Counted from the first letter of the whole stretch, positions 26,500-41,119 are shown. The stretch: 63,747 bases of DNA, filler included, from Octopus bimaculoides (GCF_001194135.2; 4 parts of 4 records of this genome joined end to end with filler, not necessarily neighbours in it); one strand, 5' to 3'. Numbers and translations: made by a program. Notes: a model not told the origin generated them from the letters alone.

Positions 26500-26672
26500 T
26501 ACAAGGCCAGAAATTCTTAAGGTAAGTGTGTTAATCGACGCTATTATTTTATCTTATCGACCCCGGAGTGGTGAAAAAGAATGTGTGTACCTTTACTCAG
26601 AATGTAGAGAGCCAGAACAATGATGAAAACTATTTTGTCCGATGAGCTATCGATTCTGTCGCCTTGCCGCCT
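26500..26672 (-). mobile_element. SINE family C, diverged
   Basis: TTATCGACCCCGGAG..ACTCAGAATG, homologous to 13870-14000. Confidence 0.6.
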
Positions 26673-26714
26673 TTGTTAACTCATGAAAAGTTGTCAAATA
26701 TGCATAAACACAAG

Positions 26715-26717
26715 CAT

Positions 26718-26797
<80 letters not shown>

Positions 26798-26800
26798 GCA
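26715..26800. repeat. (CA)n microsatellite
   Basis: Direct reading. Confidence 0.95.
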
Positions 26801-27229
26801 TACACACATATATATAACATATATTTTACATACATATTTTGTTGTCTTGGAAGAGTCATTAGTTAGGTTACATTCACAAGCAATTGACGAACAATAAAGG
26901 AGTGAAACTGAACCTGTGCGTGTGTTATTAATGGCATAATGACTCTCCCAAGACACAACAAAATTTGTTTCAACACATGATTTCACGCAAATATTACAAG
27001 TCAAATACAAAAAACATTTATATATATAATTATCTACATAAGATATTCCTATTGTATAACATAATTGTCATAATAGCTGTGATATGTTGTTAATCAACTA
27101 GGCAAATACTGGTTTCGATAAATGTAATCGATCGTATCACTTAAAGTGTTACCTTAGACATATAACATTTCAATGACAGAAGAGATTAAAAACATAAGCG
27201 TATAAATATCACGGGAAATATATCTAGAG

Positions 27230-27638
27230 AGGAGCAGGTATGGCGATACGGTCATGAAATACGTTTAGTAACCAGGCGTTTTTGCGTTCAGTCACACTGT
27301 CCGTACTTTGGGCAAATGACTTCTAATAGAGTCTCGGGCGGACCAATATTTCGTACATGAATTTGATAGGCAGAAACTGTGGAAGTTCGTCGTGTATATA
27401 TATATATATATACATATATGTGAGTGCTTTTGATTTTTCTCCATCACCGCTTGATTACAAGTATTGATTTGTTTATACCGAACTCACTTAGTGGTTCTGT
27501 AAAAGAGACGGATACAATCAGTACTAAACCTTTATAAAAATAAATTAGTGCTACAGCCGACTTTTTCGAAGAAACCCTACAAGGCAGTGCCCCAGCATGG
27601 CCGAAATCCAGTGAATGAAACAAATAAAAGATAAAAGA
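27230..27638 (+). mobile_element. SINE A/B, diverged full length
   Basis: Collinear with 6966-7358, including the internal (TA)n. Confidence 0.75.
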
Positions 27639-29859
27639 TGTTCAGAATCATATCAATTTTGATATATTCCGATAGATATTTGTTAGAAATATCTCAGAAG
27701 TTTTATTTTAATAGTTAATTGTGAAATACCAATAGGTAACGCAAGCTAAATCTTTCTTTTCGTTCATTTCTTTTTTTCTTTCCGTTTTGTTTCACAAAAC
27801 CTACGCTATGGACACCACGTGAAAATTTTGTCTTCGGAAAAAATATGTAGAATTCAAACCAGCCAAGCTCACTTATGTGCATGCTATATCTGGATGGAGA
27901 TTTGAATTTAGTATTGCCTAACAAAGTTATTCAATACACACGTCAATTGTCTAACAGTAATAGAGTTAGTACACGTGGTACCAATTTACTGCTAATTGAA
28001 CTCTTACGTGATTTAGTGATGGATACAGTGCAGAAGTAATATCCAGCTATGCACTGATTTGAGGAACATCTAAACTTTTGAATAGTATGTAATATCATCT
28101 AACCAGATACCATTTAAACGTAGTATGGCAATACATATAAAAGAAGACAGCACGCATGAAGAAATAAGAAAGGTTACTCAAAGGCTAAAATATGAATTCT
28201 ATTCATTTTGACTATATATGGTCTAAGTTCAAATCAAATCATAGCCATCTCTTTTCGCATTTCAACCTACTTCAAAGCTAGATTAATTAAATAATGCTCA
28301 TATATTCAACTAAATTCTGTTATATTGATGGCTTTCAGACAACATGGAAAACATAAACAATTACAAGGAAAAGACACAGATTGGCTATTCAAAAGCACAC
28401 AAAATCTTAACTTCGCTTAAACATTTAATTTTTGATGTCAAAATATTTGTCGCATCAACTGTAACCTGGTCCCTGATACAGACCCCAGACAGGTTCTTAG
28501 ATCAAATCCCTTGCCAGACAATTACATATTCGAAATTAAAAACATATATTTCAGAAAATGCAGTTTTTTTTGAAGCAATCGATTATAGTCAATATTAGTA
28601 ATATTAATGCTTATCTGCTCAAGAATAGATCTATTAATAGCTAAGTCAGCATCCAGCAAGGATGAAGCTTTAAAATTGAAAAAATTAATAATTAAAATTC
28701 TTCAGACTTTAATTATTATGTTGCTTTTTTTATAGAACAACTTTGCTCTTGATCAACAAACCAATGATCATACCACACATAACCTAATCTGTTTTCCCTA
28801 AAGTGTTTAAGTAGAAATAATCCAATGGGATTATCCCCCCCCCCCCNNNNNNNNNNNNNNNNNNNNNNNNNNNNNNNTTGTAGACGGTAGGATGCAATAT
28901 GTCGGTGATCTGGTTGCTACTTATTGTTCGTGAAGTGTAGTACATTTTTACAAATTAGAAAATCAGAAACCTTCCAAAAGCTTAAATAAATATTTCTTAA
29001 TTGCTTTATAGAAGAATAAAAAGTCTTCACTTGAATATCGGAGTTAACTAAACTTTTTACTTCAGTCTTCTTAAATATTGTGAATTGGAATTGAACCGTG
29101 TCGTAATCTCGAATTATAGATAGCTTACTTCTTGCGATAGGGTTCTTGCAATAAACCATCTGAACAGATATAATCCTTAATCAACGTAGAAGAAATGGGA
29201 ACAGGTGACGTAATTTTTCGCGTTACCAGTGCCATTACCGATATGTTTGAAGTAAAGGGATTTCAACCAGGAATCAAAACCGGATCATCGTCTCAGCTCA
29301 CCACAATATTTTTCATAGAACTTCAGACTTCGTCATTATCAAAGTTAGTTGTTTTCATTTTGAAAAAAAAAGTGCAACAGAGAGAGAGAGATACAGAAAG
29401 AGAGAAAGCGCGAGAGGGGGGAGAGGGGATAGGAAGAGAGAGTATCTTAGTATACTTCTTTTTTTCAACCTCAATATTTGACTGGTACTCCTTTATCCAT
29501 GCTGAAAGTTCAAATGCACACAGGAAAAAAATATTGTAGCAGGATTCGAGCTCGAAGAACAAAGGGACGAAAGTAAATAAAGCAAGGCATTTAATCCAGC
29601 TCTGCATAGTTTCTGTCAGTCCTCATCCCTTCTAAATAAACCAAAGATACTGAATAAACAAACGCAACAAAGGTACATCAGCAAACAAGTATATAAATAT
29701 ATTCGATGCATCAAAACTTTGAAGCCGATGTTTTGATGAAAGGAGCATATAAAATCTGTATGATATACCGAAGAATTACTGCGACAGATAAATCCGGTGG
29801 AAAAAAAAAATAACAAAAAGCATCTAAGAAATGCAGCAAAAAGATCACCACCACCACAG

Positions 29860-29891
29860 TCCACAACATAAACCACAACAATTCTAACAGC

Positions 29892-29922
<31 letters not shown>

Positions 29923-30832
29923 AATTGCAATCAAATAAAAGCAAAAGCAACAAGATCAACGATTGTGATACCTTTGAATAAAAAAAAAATCAAGGATATA
30001 GAATATAACAACAATAACGTCAATAATAACAACAACAACAACAACAACAGCAATAAACAACATAAACATAGTCTAGCGAGGGAAAATAAAATAATCCACT
30101 ATTCCATAGAATACAAGAGCAACTTGAACAGCATTCATAACAAAAATAACGTTGCATGTAGCAATGGCAACACCAAGAACAAGAACATCAAAGAAAGATT
30201 AAAGCAACACTAAAAACAATGACACTAGCAAAAAATGCGCCCCCACTCCAAAGGAAAAAAGAAGAAGAAGACCCCCCCCCCTAAAAAAATGCAAACGAAC
30301 GAGTAAAAACAACATGACAGTTATGCAATAGCGTGGCATCGAGAACACAAATATTGCCATGAGCAATAAAAAAAAGAAAAATTGATGCAACATGACATCA
30401 GCTACAACAGCAGGAAACAACAATAATGACAACAACAATGACAACAATGAAGCAGAAGTAGTAGTAACAGTAACGGCAACAACAACAACAACAACAAGAA
30501 GCAACAGCAAAAGCATAACTGTAACAATGTCAATAACAACAACAACAACAACTACAATAATAATAAAAGCAAAAACAAACATAACAACAGCAACAACAAC
30601 AAAAACAACAACGGCAATGATTACGACCGCGACCACATGACTACAAAAGCCAGCATGAAGGAAACTGGATGGCTGGAAAAAAAAATGTTTATACAAGAAC
30701 GGTAACAGCGTCATCATCGTCATCACCATTGTCATCATCGTCAAAATACTCGTCATTATCATAATCATCGTAATCATCATCAGGATCATCACTGTTATGA
30801 TCCTCCTCTTCCTCATCCTCATCATCATCATC

Positions 30833-30883
<51 letters not shown>

Positions 30884-31082
30884 GTCATCATCATCGTCAT
30901 CATCATCATCGTCATCATCATAATCGTCATCATCATCATCGTCGTCGTCGTCGTCTTCATCATCGTCGACGTCGTCGTCGTCGTCGTCATCATCATCATC
31001 ATCATCATCAACTTCATCATCATCGTCATCATCATCTTCATCATCATCATCTTCGTCATCGTTGTCTTCATCATCGTCGTCG

Positions 31083-31114
<32 letters not shown>

Positions 31115-31270
31115 GTAATGATCAAAGCAAGTGAAATTGTGGTACCAATATTGCAGCAACGAAAATGCAAAAAAAAAAACCCAACAAAAATAAAACATAA
31201 AGAGAAACATATCGCTGACAAGAACAATAGCAAAGATTGCTGCTTTGACAAAAACAACAACAAAAGCAAT
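29860..31270. repeat. Compound low-complexity tract: degenerate (AAC)n, then (CAT/CGT)n
   Basis: Direct reading; generates the poly-D, poly-M and poly-I ORFs. Confidence 0.95.
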
Positions 31271-32591
31271 GATCATTCGTTACGTAGGTGCAGATTTATA
31301 GAGGATTTCAAAAGAGATGCTGTGATGTTAATACCTTTCCTAAAGACATTGTCATTCTCTAGAAGCAAAAACATAATTCTTCATCCCTAAAATTAGATAG
31401 CTATATCTGCAACACAGATAAAAGGGTGGAATGAAATTCTTTTCTTGTATTTCTCTCTGACTTTTAGTCTAATTTTCTATGCATGATCAGCGTCTTATAT
31501 TCTCTTCAAATCTTTTCTTTGACAACCTTTGCAACCGAAATGTTCTGAAAGACAGTAATGGCTAAAAACATTTTCAGTTTGATTGTCTTGCTAATTTTAA
31601 AACTTCTGTTTCTGCAAAAATCTCAGCCATTTCTTGCTAAGATCTTTTTCTTCATCAACTTTGCGTAAAAGCAAAATATCTTAAAATTTATATTAATAAA
31701 TCAAAATTCTCTCAGAGAGTGACCGATGTCCTTCTCTTACGGATATCTTTATACATTACTTGAGCAAGGAATTCACATGCAGGTGTGATGCCGAAACACA
31801 GATAAAAAGTGCTAGAGAGAATGCTGAAAAAGAAAGAAAAGAAACTCCACCATACATGGGAGGTGTTTTTATAAATGGGGCTAGCAGCAAGAAGACTATG
31901 ATGGCATCAAGTGTTGCTTTTGTCAATCACATACTCAGCAAGGCCTCTTGTCACTTCATTTGAAGCCATGCATTCGAAGTCATAGCTAAGATGCTCTAAA
32001 CTAACCCTAGAGTAAGTAGTATCACAGTAGTAAGTAGCATTATGATAAAGCCGCTCTATTTGCTGTTCAATTTTTTCCATGTACAACACAGTACGCTTAT
32101 AGCAAAAAACTTCTTAAACTGTCTTTCTTCAGAGCGTTAATGTCACAAATACTTGAGATTAATCACAAAATGAAAAATGCTAGAAATGATCTAATTATAA
32201 ATCTCACAGTGTGGGACTGTCACGTTAATTTGACAGTATACAATAGAAAAATACTTTCTATATAACAGGGTGACATCTTGACAGTGTCACTTCCATTTAT
32301 CTCAAACAGTGCCCTCTTCAGCGAGATCTTACCTTTCACAAATTTGTCACTCTTTGTCAATTAAAAAAAAATCTATCACTTTCTATGGAAAGGCGCTATA
32401 GTGAGTCAAATTAATACCATTCGGACTGTGTCCACAACTGACCCATCGTGTAAACTTGTTCCTCATGTCACCGGGTTTCTCGTCCTTCATAACGGTGGAA
32501 TGTCCTATAAATTCTAATCATTGTCGAATAATACAAGGCAATAGAGTAAAGGAATCATAACCGTCACTCTCACACAAATTTGACACCTTTA

Positions 32592-32642
<51 letters not shown>

Positions 32643-33868
32643 NNNNNNNNNNNNNNNNNNNNNNNNNNNNNNNNNNNNNNNNNNNNNNNNNNNNNNNNNN
32701 NNNNNNNNNNNNNNNNNNNNNNNNNNNNNNNNNNNNNNNNNNNNNNNNNNNNNNNNNNNNNNNNNNNNNNNNNNNNNNNNNNNNNNNNNNNNNNNNNNNN
32801 NNNNNNNNNNNNNNNNNNNNNNNNNNNNNNNNNNNNNNNNNNNNNNNNNNNNNNNNNNNNNNNNNNNNNNNNNNNNNNNNNNNNNNNNNNNNNNNNNNNN
32901 NNNNNNNNNNNNNNNNNNNNNNNNNNNNNNNNNNNNNNNNNNNNNNNNNNNNNNNNNNNNNNNNNNNNNNNNNNNNNNNNNNNNNNNNNNNNNNNNNNNN
33001 NNNNNNNNNNNNNNNNNATATATATATATATATATATATACATACATAAAGAGAGAGAGAGAGAGAGAGAGGTGGGGGAGAAAGAGAAGAGAGAGGTTGA
33101 GATGCAGAGAAAGAAATTTCAAATAGTTATAGCTCTTCCACTCTAGAAAAGAAAACGTACTTAAAGAACAATATTCTTTTCTCTCAGGAGAACTTCAGAT
33201 AATAGCATAAAATTGTATCATAGACGGAGCTGCAAATATCGTTAACAAGTGAACTGGATTGTAGAACAGGCAAACATAAGGACAGCATAATATGTTCTTT
33301 GATCCTTAAAACTCTCCAGTCTTGAGACTGTGGTATCATCCGAGTTCACTTTTCTATACACGTTCAGTCTCAGCGTCATTATCGCTGCCCAATGTTGTCT
33401 CTATATACAAACAAAACATGTGAATTGAAGCATCCCAGCAGCTAATAATAAAAACAACAACAACAACAACAACAACAAAAGTATTAAAAAGAGTAAAACG
33501 CAGCACCTGATGGGTCTTGAATACAGAGATCGTGTTAAAATAGTTCAGACTATAGTCTTCAAAGCCGATGTAAGAGCTATGGCATTTGTATATCATGGAA
33601 AATATTCTGTAAACATTGCATAAACGATCACGGCATCAAGTTTATGACTCAACTGAAGATAGGAGCCGGTTTTCCCTACAAAAAGAACGCTCACATCCCA
33701 GGAAAAAACAAGGTGGAAGAATTATTTTGTAGTTTATCTAAACTGATCTTGCTTTATTCAACACCATCGCGGAAGATATAGATAATATAATTAAACCATA
33801 TTTAATCAGTGCCTGGAAAATTTTCTCCAAGAAATACCAGACAAGCACCGACAACCGGATAAATTTCG

Positions 33869-33908
33869 ACGACGACGACCACCACCACCACCACCACCAC
33901 CACCACCA

Positions 33909-33943
<35 letters not shown>
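33869..33943. repeat. (GAC)n(CAC)n(AAC)n array next to a gap
   Basis: Direct reading. Confidence 0.9.
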
Positions 33944-34489
33944 NNNNNNNNNNNNNNNNNNNNNNNNNNNNNNNNNNNNNNNNNNNNNNNNNNNNNNNNN
34001 NNNNNNNNNNNNNNNNNNNNNNNNNNNNNNNNNNNNNNNNNNNNNNNNNNNNNNNNNNNNNNNNNNNNNNNNNNNNNNNNNNNNNNNNNNNNNNNNNNNN
34101 NNNNNNNNNNNNNNNNNNNNNNNNNNNNNNNNNNNNNNNNNNNNNNNNNNNNNNNNNNNNNNNNNNNNNNNNNNNNNNNNNNNNNNNNNNNNNNNNNNNN
34201 NNNNNNNNNNNNNNNNNNNNNNNNNNNNNNNNNNNNNNNNNNNNNNNNNNNNNNNNNNNNNNNNNNNNNNNNNNNNNNNNNNNNNNNNNNNNNNNNNNNN
34301 NNNNNNNNNNNNNNNNNNNNNNNNNNNNNNNNNNNNNNNNNNNNNNNNNNNNNNNNNNNNNNNNNNNNNNNNNNNNNNNNNNNNNNNNNNNNNNNNNNNN
34401 NNNNNNNNNNNNNNNNNNNNNNNNNNTTTGAAAACGGAGCTTTTTTAGTGCCGACATAGGAACTTCGGTCTAACGCGGACGTAGATGAA

Positions 34490-35265
34490 AATTCATAGTC
34501 TTCAATTGGCTTTTGTCACTAGCCACAGTGATTTTGAGATCGCAGCCTTCTTAAATGTTGCCAAGTCCTTCGTTTTTAAAATCAGAGTAGGGCTCGAAGC
34601 GCACACATTGTCAGAAAAATCGAGTTAGTCCAGGAAACCCAGGACGTCATTAGCGAGAACTCCGGCAAGCTGATTAGTACTATTTTCAATAACCTTCATG
34701 TTTCTGAATCAACGATTAGATATGTGGTGCTCGAAGACATCAGGCATAAATCCTATGCAAAGAGAAGAGGGCACTCCATGTCCAATAAAACCTGAGAGAA
34801 TCGTGTGGTCTGGTGGAATCGCTTTCTGAAGAAACTCAAGCATCCAAGGAGCCTGACATACTCCCGTTCTGTTCAGATGAAACCTTTTTCCAGAAAATGA
34901 AGAGGAAGAATGACAGGTGGCTCTGTGTCAGCGTCACTGAAGCACCAAATATTTTGTAGACCAAGTTCCCATAATCTGTGATCATCTTGAGGGTCGTGGG
35001 CCATGAGAGCTACATCATATGCCCCTCATATTTACCCGAAAAGATCAATGCAGCAGCTTACACCAAGACAATGGACACCGATTTTCGAGCCCTGAGTCGA
35101 GAGTGCGACTCGAAGGAGGTCGTATTTCAGCATTCTCTGTTCATTCTCACACAGATTGCAAAATCCGTGAGTGGATGACTGGGAAGTTTCAAGATCTTGT
35201 TAATCCTAACATATGGCCTCCGAGTTCTTCTGTTTAACCCCGCTGGAGTATTTCAGAATTAAGAC
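34490..35265 (+). pseudogene. maT/DD37D-like transposase relic
   Basis: EIAAFLNVAKSFVFKIR (HTH), CSDETF, KNDRWL, TKFP*SV, KINAAAY, VVFQ, NIWPPSS; many stops and frameshifts. Confidence 0.85.
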
Positions 35266-35269
35266 AGAG

Positions 35270-35280
35270 AGGTAGATAGG

Positions 35281-35316
<36 letters not shown>

Positions 35317-35330
35317 GTGAGTGAGTGAGT

Positions 35331-35382
<52 letters not shown>
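35270..35382. repeat. (GATA)n(GAGT)n(GA)n compound microsatellite
   Basis: Direct reading. Confidence 0.95.
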
Positions 35383-35575
35383 CTAAGAAGCATGTTTACA
35401 ATATTAATGACTCGTTGATGTCTGTTATTTGTGACGTAGGGGTTAACATAAATGAAGATCATTTGATCTTTTCAAAAGCCATATCACGGTGGTAATTGAG
35501 GCTGATGGCAGATTTATTGGATAAAATTTTAGTACATTATTTACAATTAACGGATATTTGTCCTCATCTTGTTTG

Positions 35576-35628
35576 TTGTTAACACAACGTTTCGGCTGAT
35601 ATACCTTCCAGGCTTCATCAGTTGTCTT
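35576..35628 (-). ncRNA. Degenerate minimal type-I hammerhead ribozyme (Penelope-type terminal repeat)
   Basis: Reverse complement: GACAA-CTGATGA-A-GCCTG-gaaggtatat-CAGCC-GAAA-CG-TT-GTGTT. Core intact; one mismatch each in stem I and stem II relative to GACAC/GTGTT and GGCTG/CAGCC. Confidence 0.7.
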
Positions 35629-35735
35629 GGGGAAGGTATTGTTCATTGCATATATAAATATATACATACGTACTCATATATGCATTTATATTCTCTTATC
35701 TTTTAAATTAGTTAGAGACTTCCAGTGAGAAAAGA

Positions 35736-35904
35736 GGAGGCGCAATGGCCCAGTGGTTAGGGCAGCGGACTCGCGGTCGGAGGTTCGCGGTTTCGATTCC
35801 CAGACCGGACGTTGTGTGTGTTTATTGAGCGAAAACACCTAAAGCTCTACGAGGCTTCGGCAGGGGGGGGGTGACCCCTGTTGTACTCTTTTGCCCCAAC
35901 TTTG
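35736..35904 (+). mobile_element. tRNA-Arg-derived SINE (octopus OK/OR-like)
   Basis: A-box TGGCCCAGTGG, anticodon loop CTCGCGG (TCG), B-box GGTTTCGATTCC; non-tRNA body; no acceptor stem. Confidence 0.85.
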
Positions 35905-37197
<1,293 letters not shown>

Positions 37198-37297
37198 NNN
37201 NNNNNNNNNNNNNNNNNNNNNNNNNNNNNNNNNNNNNNNNNTTAATTAATTAANNNNNNNNNNNNNNNNNNNNNNNNNNNNNNNNNNNNNNNNNNNN
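37198..37297. other. Synthetic scaffold spacer N44-TTAATTAATTAA-N44
   Basis: Same geometry as 26000-26099. Confidence 0.95.
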
Positions 37298-37517
37298 TAA
37301 AAGACACCATTTCGAGCGTGGCCGTTTTCGTGCGGGTGACACGTAAAAGCACCCACTACACTCTCTGAGTGGTTGGCGTTAGGAAGGGCATCCAGCTGTA
37401 GAAACTCTGCCAAATCAGACTGGAGCCTGGTGTTGCCATCCGGTTTCACCAGTCCTCAGTCAAATCGTCCAACCCATGCTAGCATGGAAAGCGGACGTTA
37501 AACGATGATGATGATGA
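37298..37517 (+). mobile_element. RTE LINE 3' UTR with (GAT)n tail, young
   Basis: Matches 40736-40930, which follows an RTE ORF end. Confidence 0.85.
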
Positions 37518-37951
37518 TATAGTCAATTCAATGAACAAACAATTCAAAAAACAAAAAAAAAAACACAAAGAGAAAGAAAAGAACTTACATGATGACATGC
37601 ACAAGAGTTATGTTAGCTTGACACTTGGTGAAAATAGGGGGTTTTTAATGTTTCAAGCATGGTGCTTCATCAGAAAGGAGAAAGGGAAAAGTCCAAAGAA
37701 GAAAGAAAATCACCAACAGCCCATGTGTGGCTACATTTCTGAAGTGAACAGAAGTGGAAGGAGATAGAGAAAGTGGATTTTTGGGACAGGAGAGTGAAGA
37801 ATGGTCAGTATGTGTGTGTGTGTGGTAGTAACTATGTGTGTATGGTAGTAACTGTGTGTGTGTGTATGGTAGGATCTGTGTGTGTGTTAGTACTTATGTG
37901 CATTAGTGTTTGCGTTTATGTGTATGTTAGTGTTTATACATACACACACAC

Positions 37952-38065
37952 TATGGGCTTCTTTCAGTTTCTGTCTACCAAATCCATGCACAAGGCTTTG
38001 GTCAGCTGAAGGCTATAGTAGAAGACACTTGCCCAAGGTGTCACGCAGTAGGACTGAACCTACTA
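37952..38065 (-). mobile_element. SINE A/B head, CpG-decayed
   Basis: TATGGGCTTCTTTCAGTTTCTGTC..GGTCAGCTGAAGG versus GACGGG..TTCCGTC..GGTCGGCCCGAGG. Confidence 0.85.
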
Positions 38066-38259
38066 ACCATGGGAAGTAAAACTTATAAGTGGGATAAATT
38101 TGACAATGTTTTTATGTCTTCTTTTGTCAGTTTTCAGGGACAACTTGATGTATTGGTGGACAGTGAAGAATTAGAGTGCATAAAGATTAAAGTTGTAACA
38201 GAAAAAGTTAGTTAACATCGAGGACAGGAAGCCATCCAAATATTGGAAAAGAGTTGCTT

Positions 38260-38730
38260 GTACCATGATGATTCACACCTGCTATCAAACTGTCATTATC
38301 ATGATTGCTGCTCAATATACTGTAAACACAGTAAAGGCTCTAAGAATGTCATGAACAGTTGCAACGGACACTATGAAGCTGTGGCCAGTGGAAGGGATAC
38401 AGTAGACATTCTGACTGTGTCTGCATGCTGGTATTCATCCCCACATCTTTGAACAGAGCCTTAGGCTCAGTTCAAACCACTATGTAAAGTACTGGAGACT
38501 GTGATCAAATCCTGGGAGAAGAAGGTTGCTGCTGGAAGGTTGTATGTGTGGCAGCAGGATTTGGTTCCTAGTTGTACCTTGGGAAAGAGTCAGAAATGGT
38601 TGTTGGAGAATTTCTAAGACTTCACCAGCCCAATTTCTGGCTTCCTAATTCCCTTGATTGTAATCCCAAGCTGGTATCAAAGATCAAGAAAGATCTTCCC
38701 AAGTAGAAGCTAAAAGCAGCTACTTTGAGT
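38260..38730 (+). pseudogene. maT/DD37D-like transposase relic, internally deleted
   Basis: VLETVIKSWEKKVAAGRLYVWQQDLVPSCTLGKSQKWLLENF*DF..WLPNSLDCNP; spacing fits DD37D. Confidence 0.8.
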
Positions 38731-38879
38731 AAACTTATTTCCCAACCATAACCTAGTTGATATTTTCTTGATTTTTTGAAATACTTAATTTTTTTCTATC
38801 CATGCAAGCTGTCAAAGTTAACCCAAACACTCTGTATATACTTATAAACTTTATATTTTCTGCTTGGCATTTTTCATAT

Positions 38880-39256
38880 CTTTTATCTGTTTGTCATTAG
38901 ATTGCAGCCACTCACTGCCTTGAAGAAGTCTTTTAGTTGAATGAATCAAACCCAGTACTTATTCTACTGGTTTCTTTTGCCAAACCATTAAGTTACAGGA
39001 ACATAAATACACCAACTGGTGTTGGTGTTTGTTTGTTTATAGTTTCAGCTTAGAGCTGCGGCCATGCTGATGCACCGCCGTGTGCTTATGATTGGAGACA
39101 AACACACACATATGTGTGTATATGATGGATTTCTTTCAATTTCCCTCTACCAAATCCATTCACAAGACTTCAGTCAGTCCAAGGTTATAGTAGAAGACAC
39201 TTGCCCAAGGTGTCACACAGTGGGAAGCAAACTTCTTACCACATAGCCATATGTCT
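38880..39256 (-). mobile_element. SINE A/B, old and CpG-decayed
   Basis: Collinear with 6110-6686. Confidence 0.75.
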
Positions 39257-39259
39257 TTT

Positions 39260-40160
39260 CTATGGCTTCCCTTTATATACGTTATTATGCACATAGATAT
39301 ATCCTGTTTTCATATGTATAGATATATTTTAATTTATATTTATATACATGTCTATGCATTCTTTTATAGGATTTACATGGTTGTTCCTTATATATATATA
39401 TATACTTTTCCTATGGGTTTATTTATTTTTTATATGCACCATTTTGAAATACCTTATATTATATAGGCATTGATATATTCTATATTCTATGCATACTGGT
39501 ATATTTTTATATGTTTATAAATGTTTACTAATTTTTTTCATTCTGTGACTGGTTTTTCTAGATTTGTACCTCCCAACTTTTTTTAGCCATTTTTCGTGCA
39601 ACAGTTTTATACATTCGTATTTATGACTTTAGTATGCTTGTCATAATTAATTACTTAACTGTCATGGTTATTTTCTAGTTTTTAATTTATCCTGTGTATT
39701 TTGCTTAGTTTCTGATTTTTCTTATCTACTGTGTTCTTTCCACCTCTCCCTTCTCTCTATACCTAGACCTTTTCTCCTTTAGTTAACTGACCTCTGTAAA
39801 CATACCTTTTCCTTTTTGAATGTTACTTGCCTACTGAGAATGAATCCCATTGGCCATAGAGACAGAGAGATAGATATATACCCAGAGGCAATGAGGTACT
39901 AACCAACTACAGGTAGTAAGCTACGAAATTTTAACATTTGAGCAATCAGTTTTTACTGGCTAAACTTACCCTTCTCTTTGTGACAATGTAAGCAATTGCA
40001 GGTAATTAGACCTGAGGAAAAGCTAAAGTGTGTTTATATGTGGTACGAATTATGTAAGACCTGTTAAGTTTAGTTTGGAATCGTTTGTAGTCTTGATTTA
40101 CCTTCTCCATTTTCTTATACACTTTGATGTAGCAAAGTTCATGAGAAACTGTAAGTAGCA
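39260..40160 (+). mobile_element. Possible old Penelope-like terminal region
   Basis: T-rich tract ending in hammerhead-like debris (TAGAC-CTGAGGA at about 40007) with no recoverable core. Confidence 0.3.
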
Positions 40161-40420
40161 GTCATGTTACTGAAATTTTCATCAATTTCAATATATGTTG
40201 AAGTGTATAACAAATGCCTGTTAATAAATGTTAATCATGTATTATCTGCTTTTTGTCATCTATACAAGCTGTATAAAGGCTTGATATTTACTAACTCCTT
40301 ATACCAGGATCTTTTTGGATCACACTACTCTGTTACTACACACACATGTATACACATATATATATATTCTTCCATACACACACACACATATATATACATA
40401 TACATTTCTGTCCTCATTCT

Positions 40421-40930
40421 TGAAAAAGTGCCACACCCTAACAGTTGAGGGAACCCGTGGAAGAGGTAGGCCCAGGAAGACCTGGGCTGAGGTGGTGAGG
40501 CAAGACCTTCGTACATTGGGCCTCACCGAGGCGATGACTACGGACCGAGACCTTTGGAAATGTGCTGTGCGTGAGAAGACCCGGCAAGCCAAGTAAGATC
40601 GTTGCCAGTGCCCCTGGACTGGTTCTTGTGCGGGTGGCACATGAGATGCACCATTTTGAGCGTGGCCGTTGCCAGTACCGCCTGACTGGCTCCTGTAGGA
40701 TTTTCGAGCGAGATCGTTGNNNNNNNNNNGGCACATAAAAGACACCATTTCGAGCGTGGCCGTTTTCGTGCGGGTGACACGTAAAAGCACCCACTACACT
40801 CCAGCTGTAGAAACTCTGCCAAATCAGACTGGAGCCTGGTGTTGCCATCCGGTTTCACCAGTCCTCAGTCAAATCGTCCAACCCATGCTAGCATGGAAAG
40901 CGGACGTTAAACGATGATGATGATGATGAT
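40421..40930 (+). mobile_element. RTE LINE 3' end (ORF terminus, modular UTR, (GAT)n tail)
   Basis: KKCHTLTVEGTRGRGRPRKTWAEVVRQDLRTLGLTEAMTTDRDLWKCAV*, the classic RTE C-terminus. Confidence 0.9.
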
Positions 40931-41119
40931 TCTTGATCCCTCTCTCACTCCGGCCAGGTAACATTGTACCTCCTCTACAGCAAGATACCTGTTTCTGTCT
41001 CTCTGTCTCACTATAACCTTTCATCTTCTGACAAAAGATCACCTCCTCCAATGCCCCTTCCCCTCTCAAAAGATATTTGTCTTGCAAGCTACTTGGTGAC
41101 CCTGTCAGTGTAGGTGCCA

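Noticed and set aside
30689-31276. 195-aa poly-Asp ORF (and overlapping poly-Met and poly-Ile ORFs), superficially like an acidic biomineralisation protein
   Set aside because: A (GAT/GAC)n array is open in several frames by construction. GAC/GAT mixing fits CpG deamination, and there is no credible start or signal peptide. Similar arrays occur at 868-1088.
31300-32560. Non-repetitive, coding-looking stretch with short ORFs
   Set aside because: Stops occur in all frames examined, with no recognisable motif or consistent splice structure.
35736-35812. tRNA-Arg(TCG)-like sequence
   Set aside because: No acceptor-stem pairing, and it continues into a SINE body; called as a SINE head.
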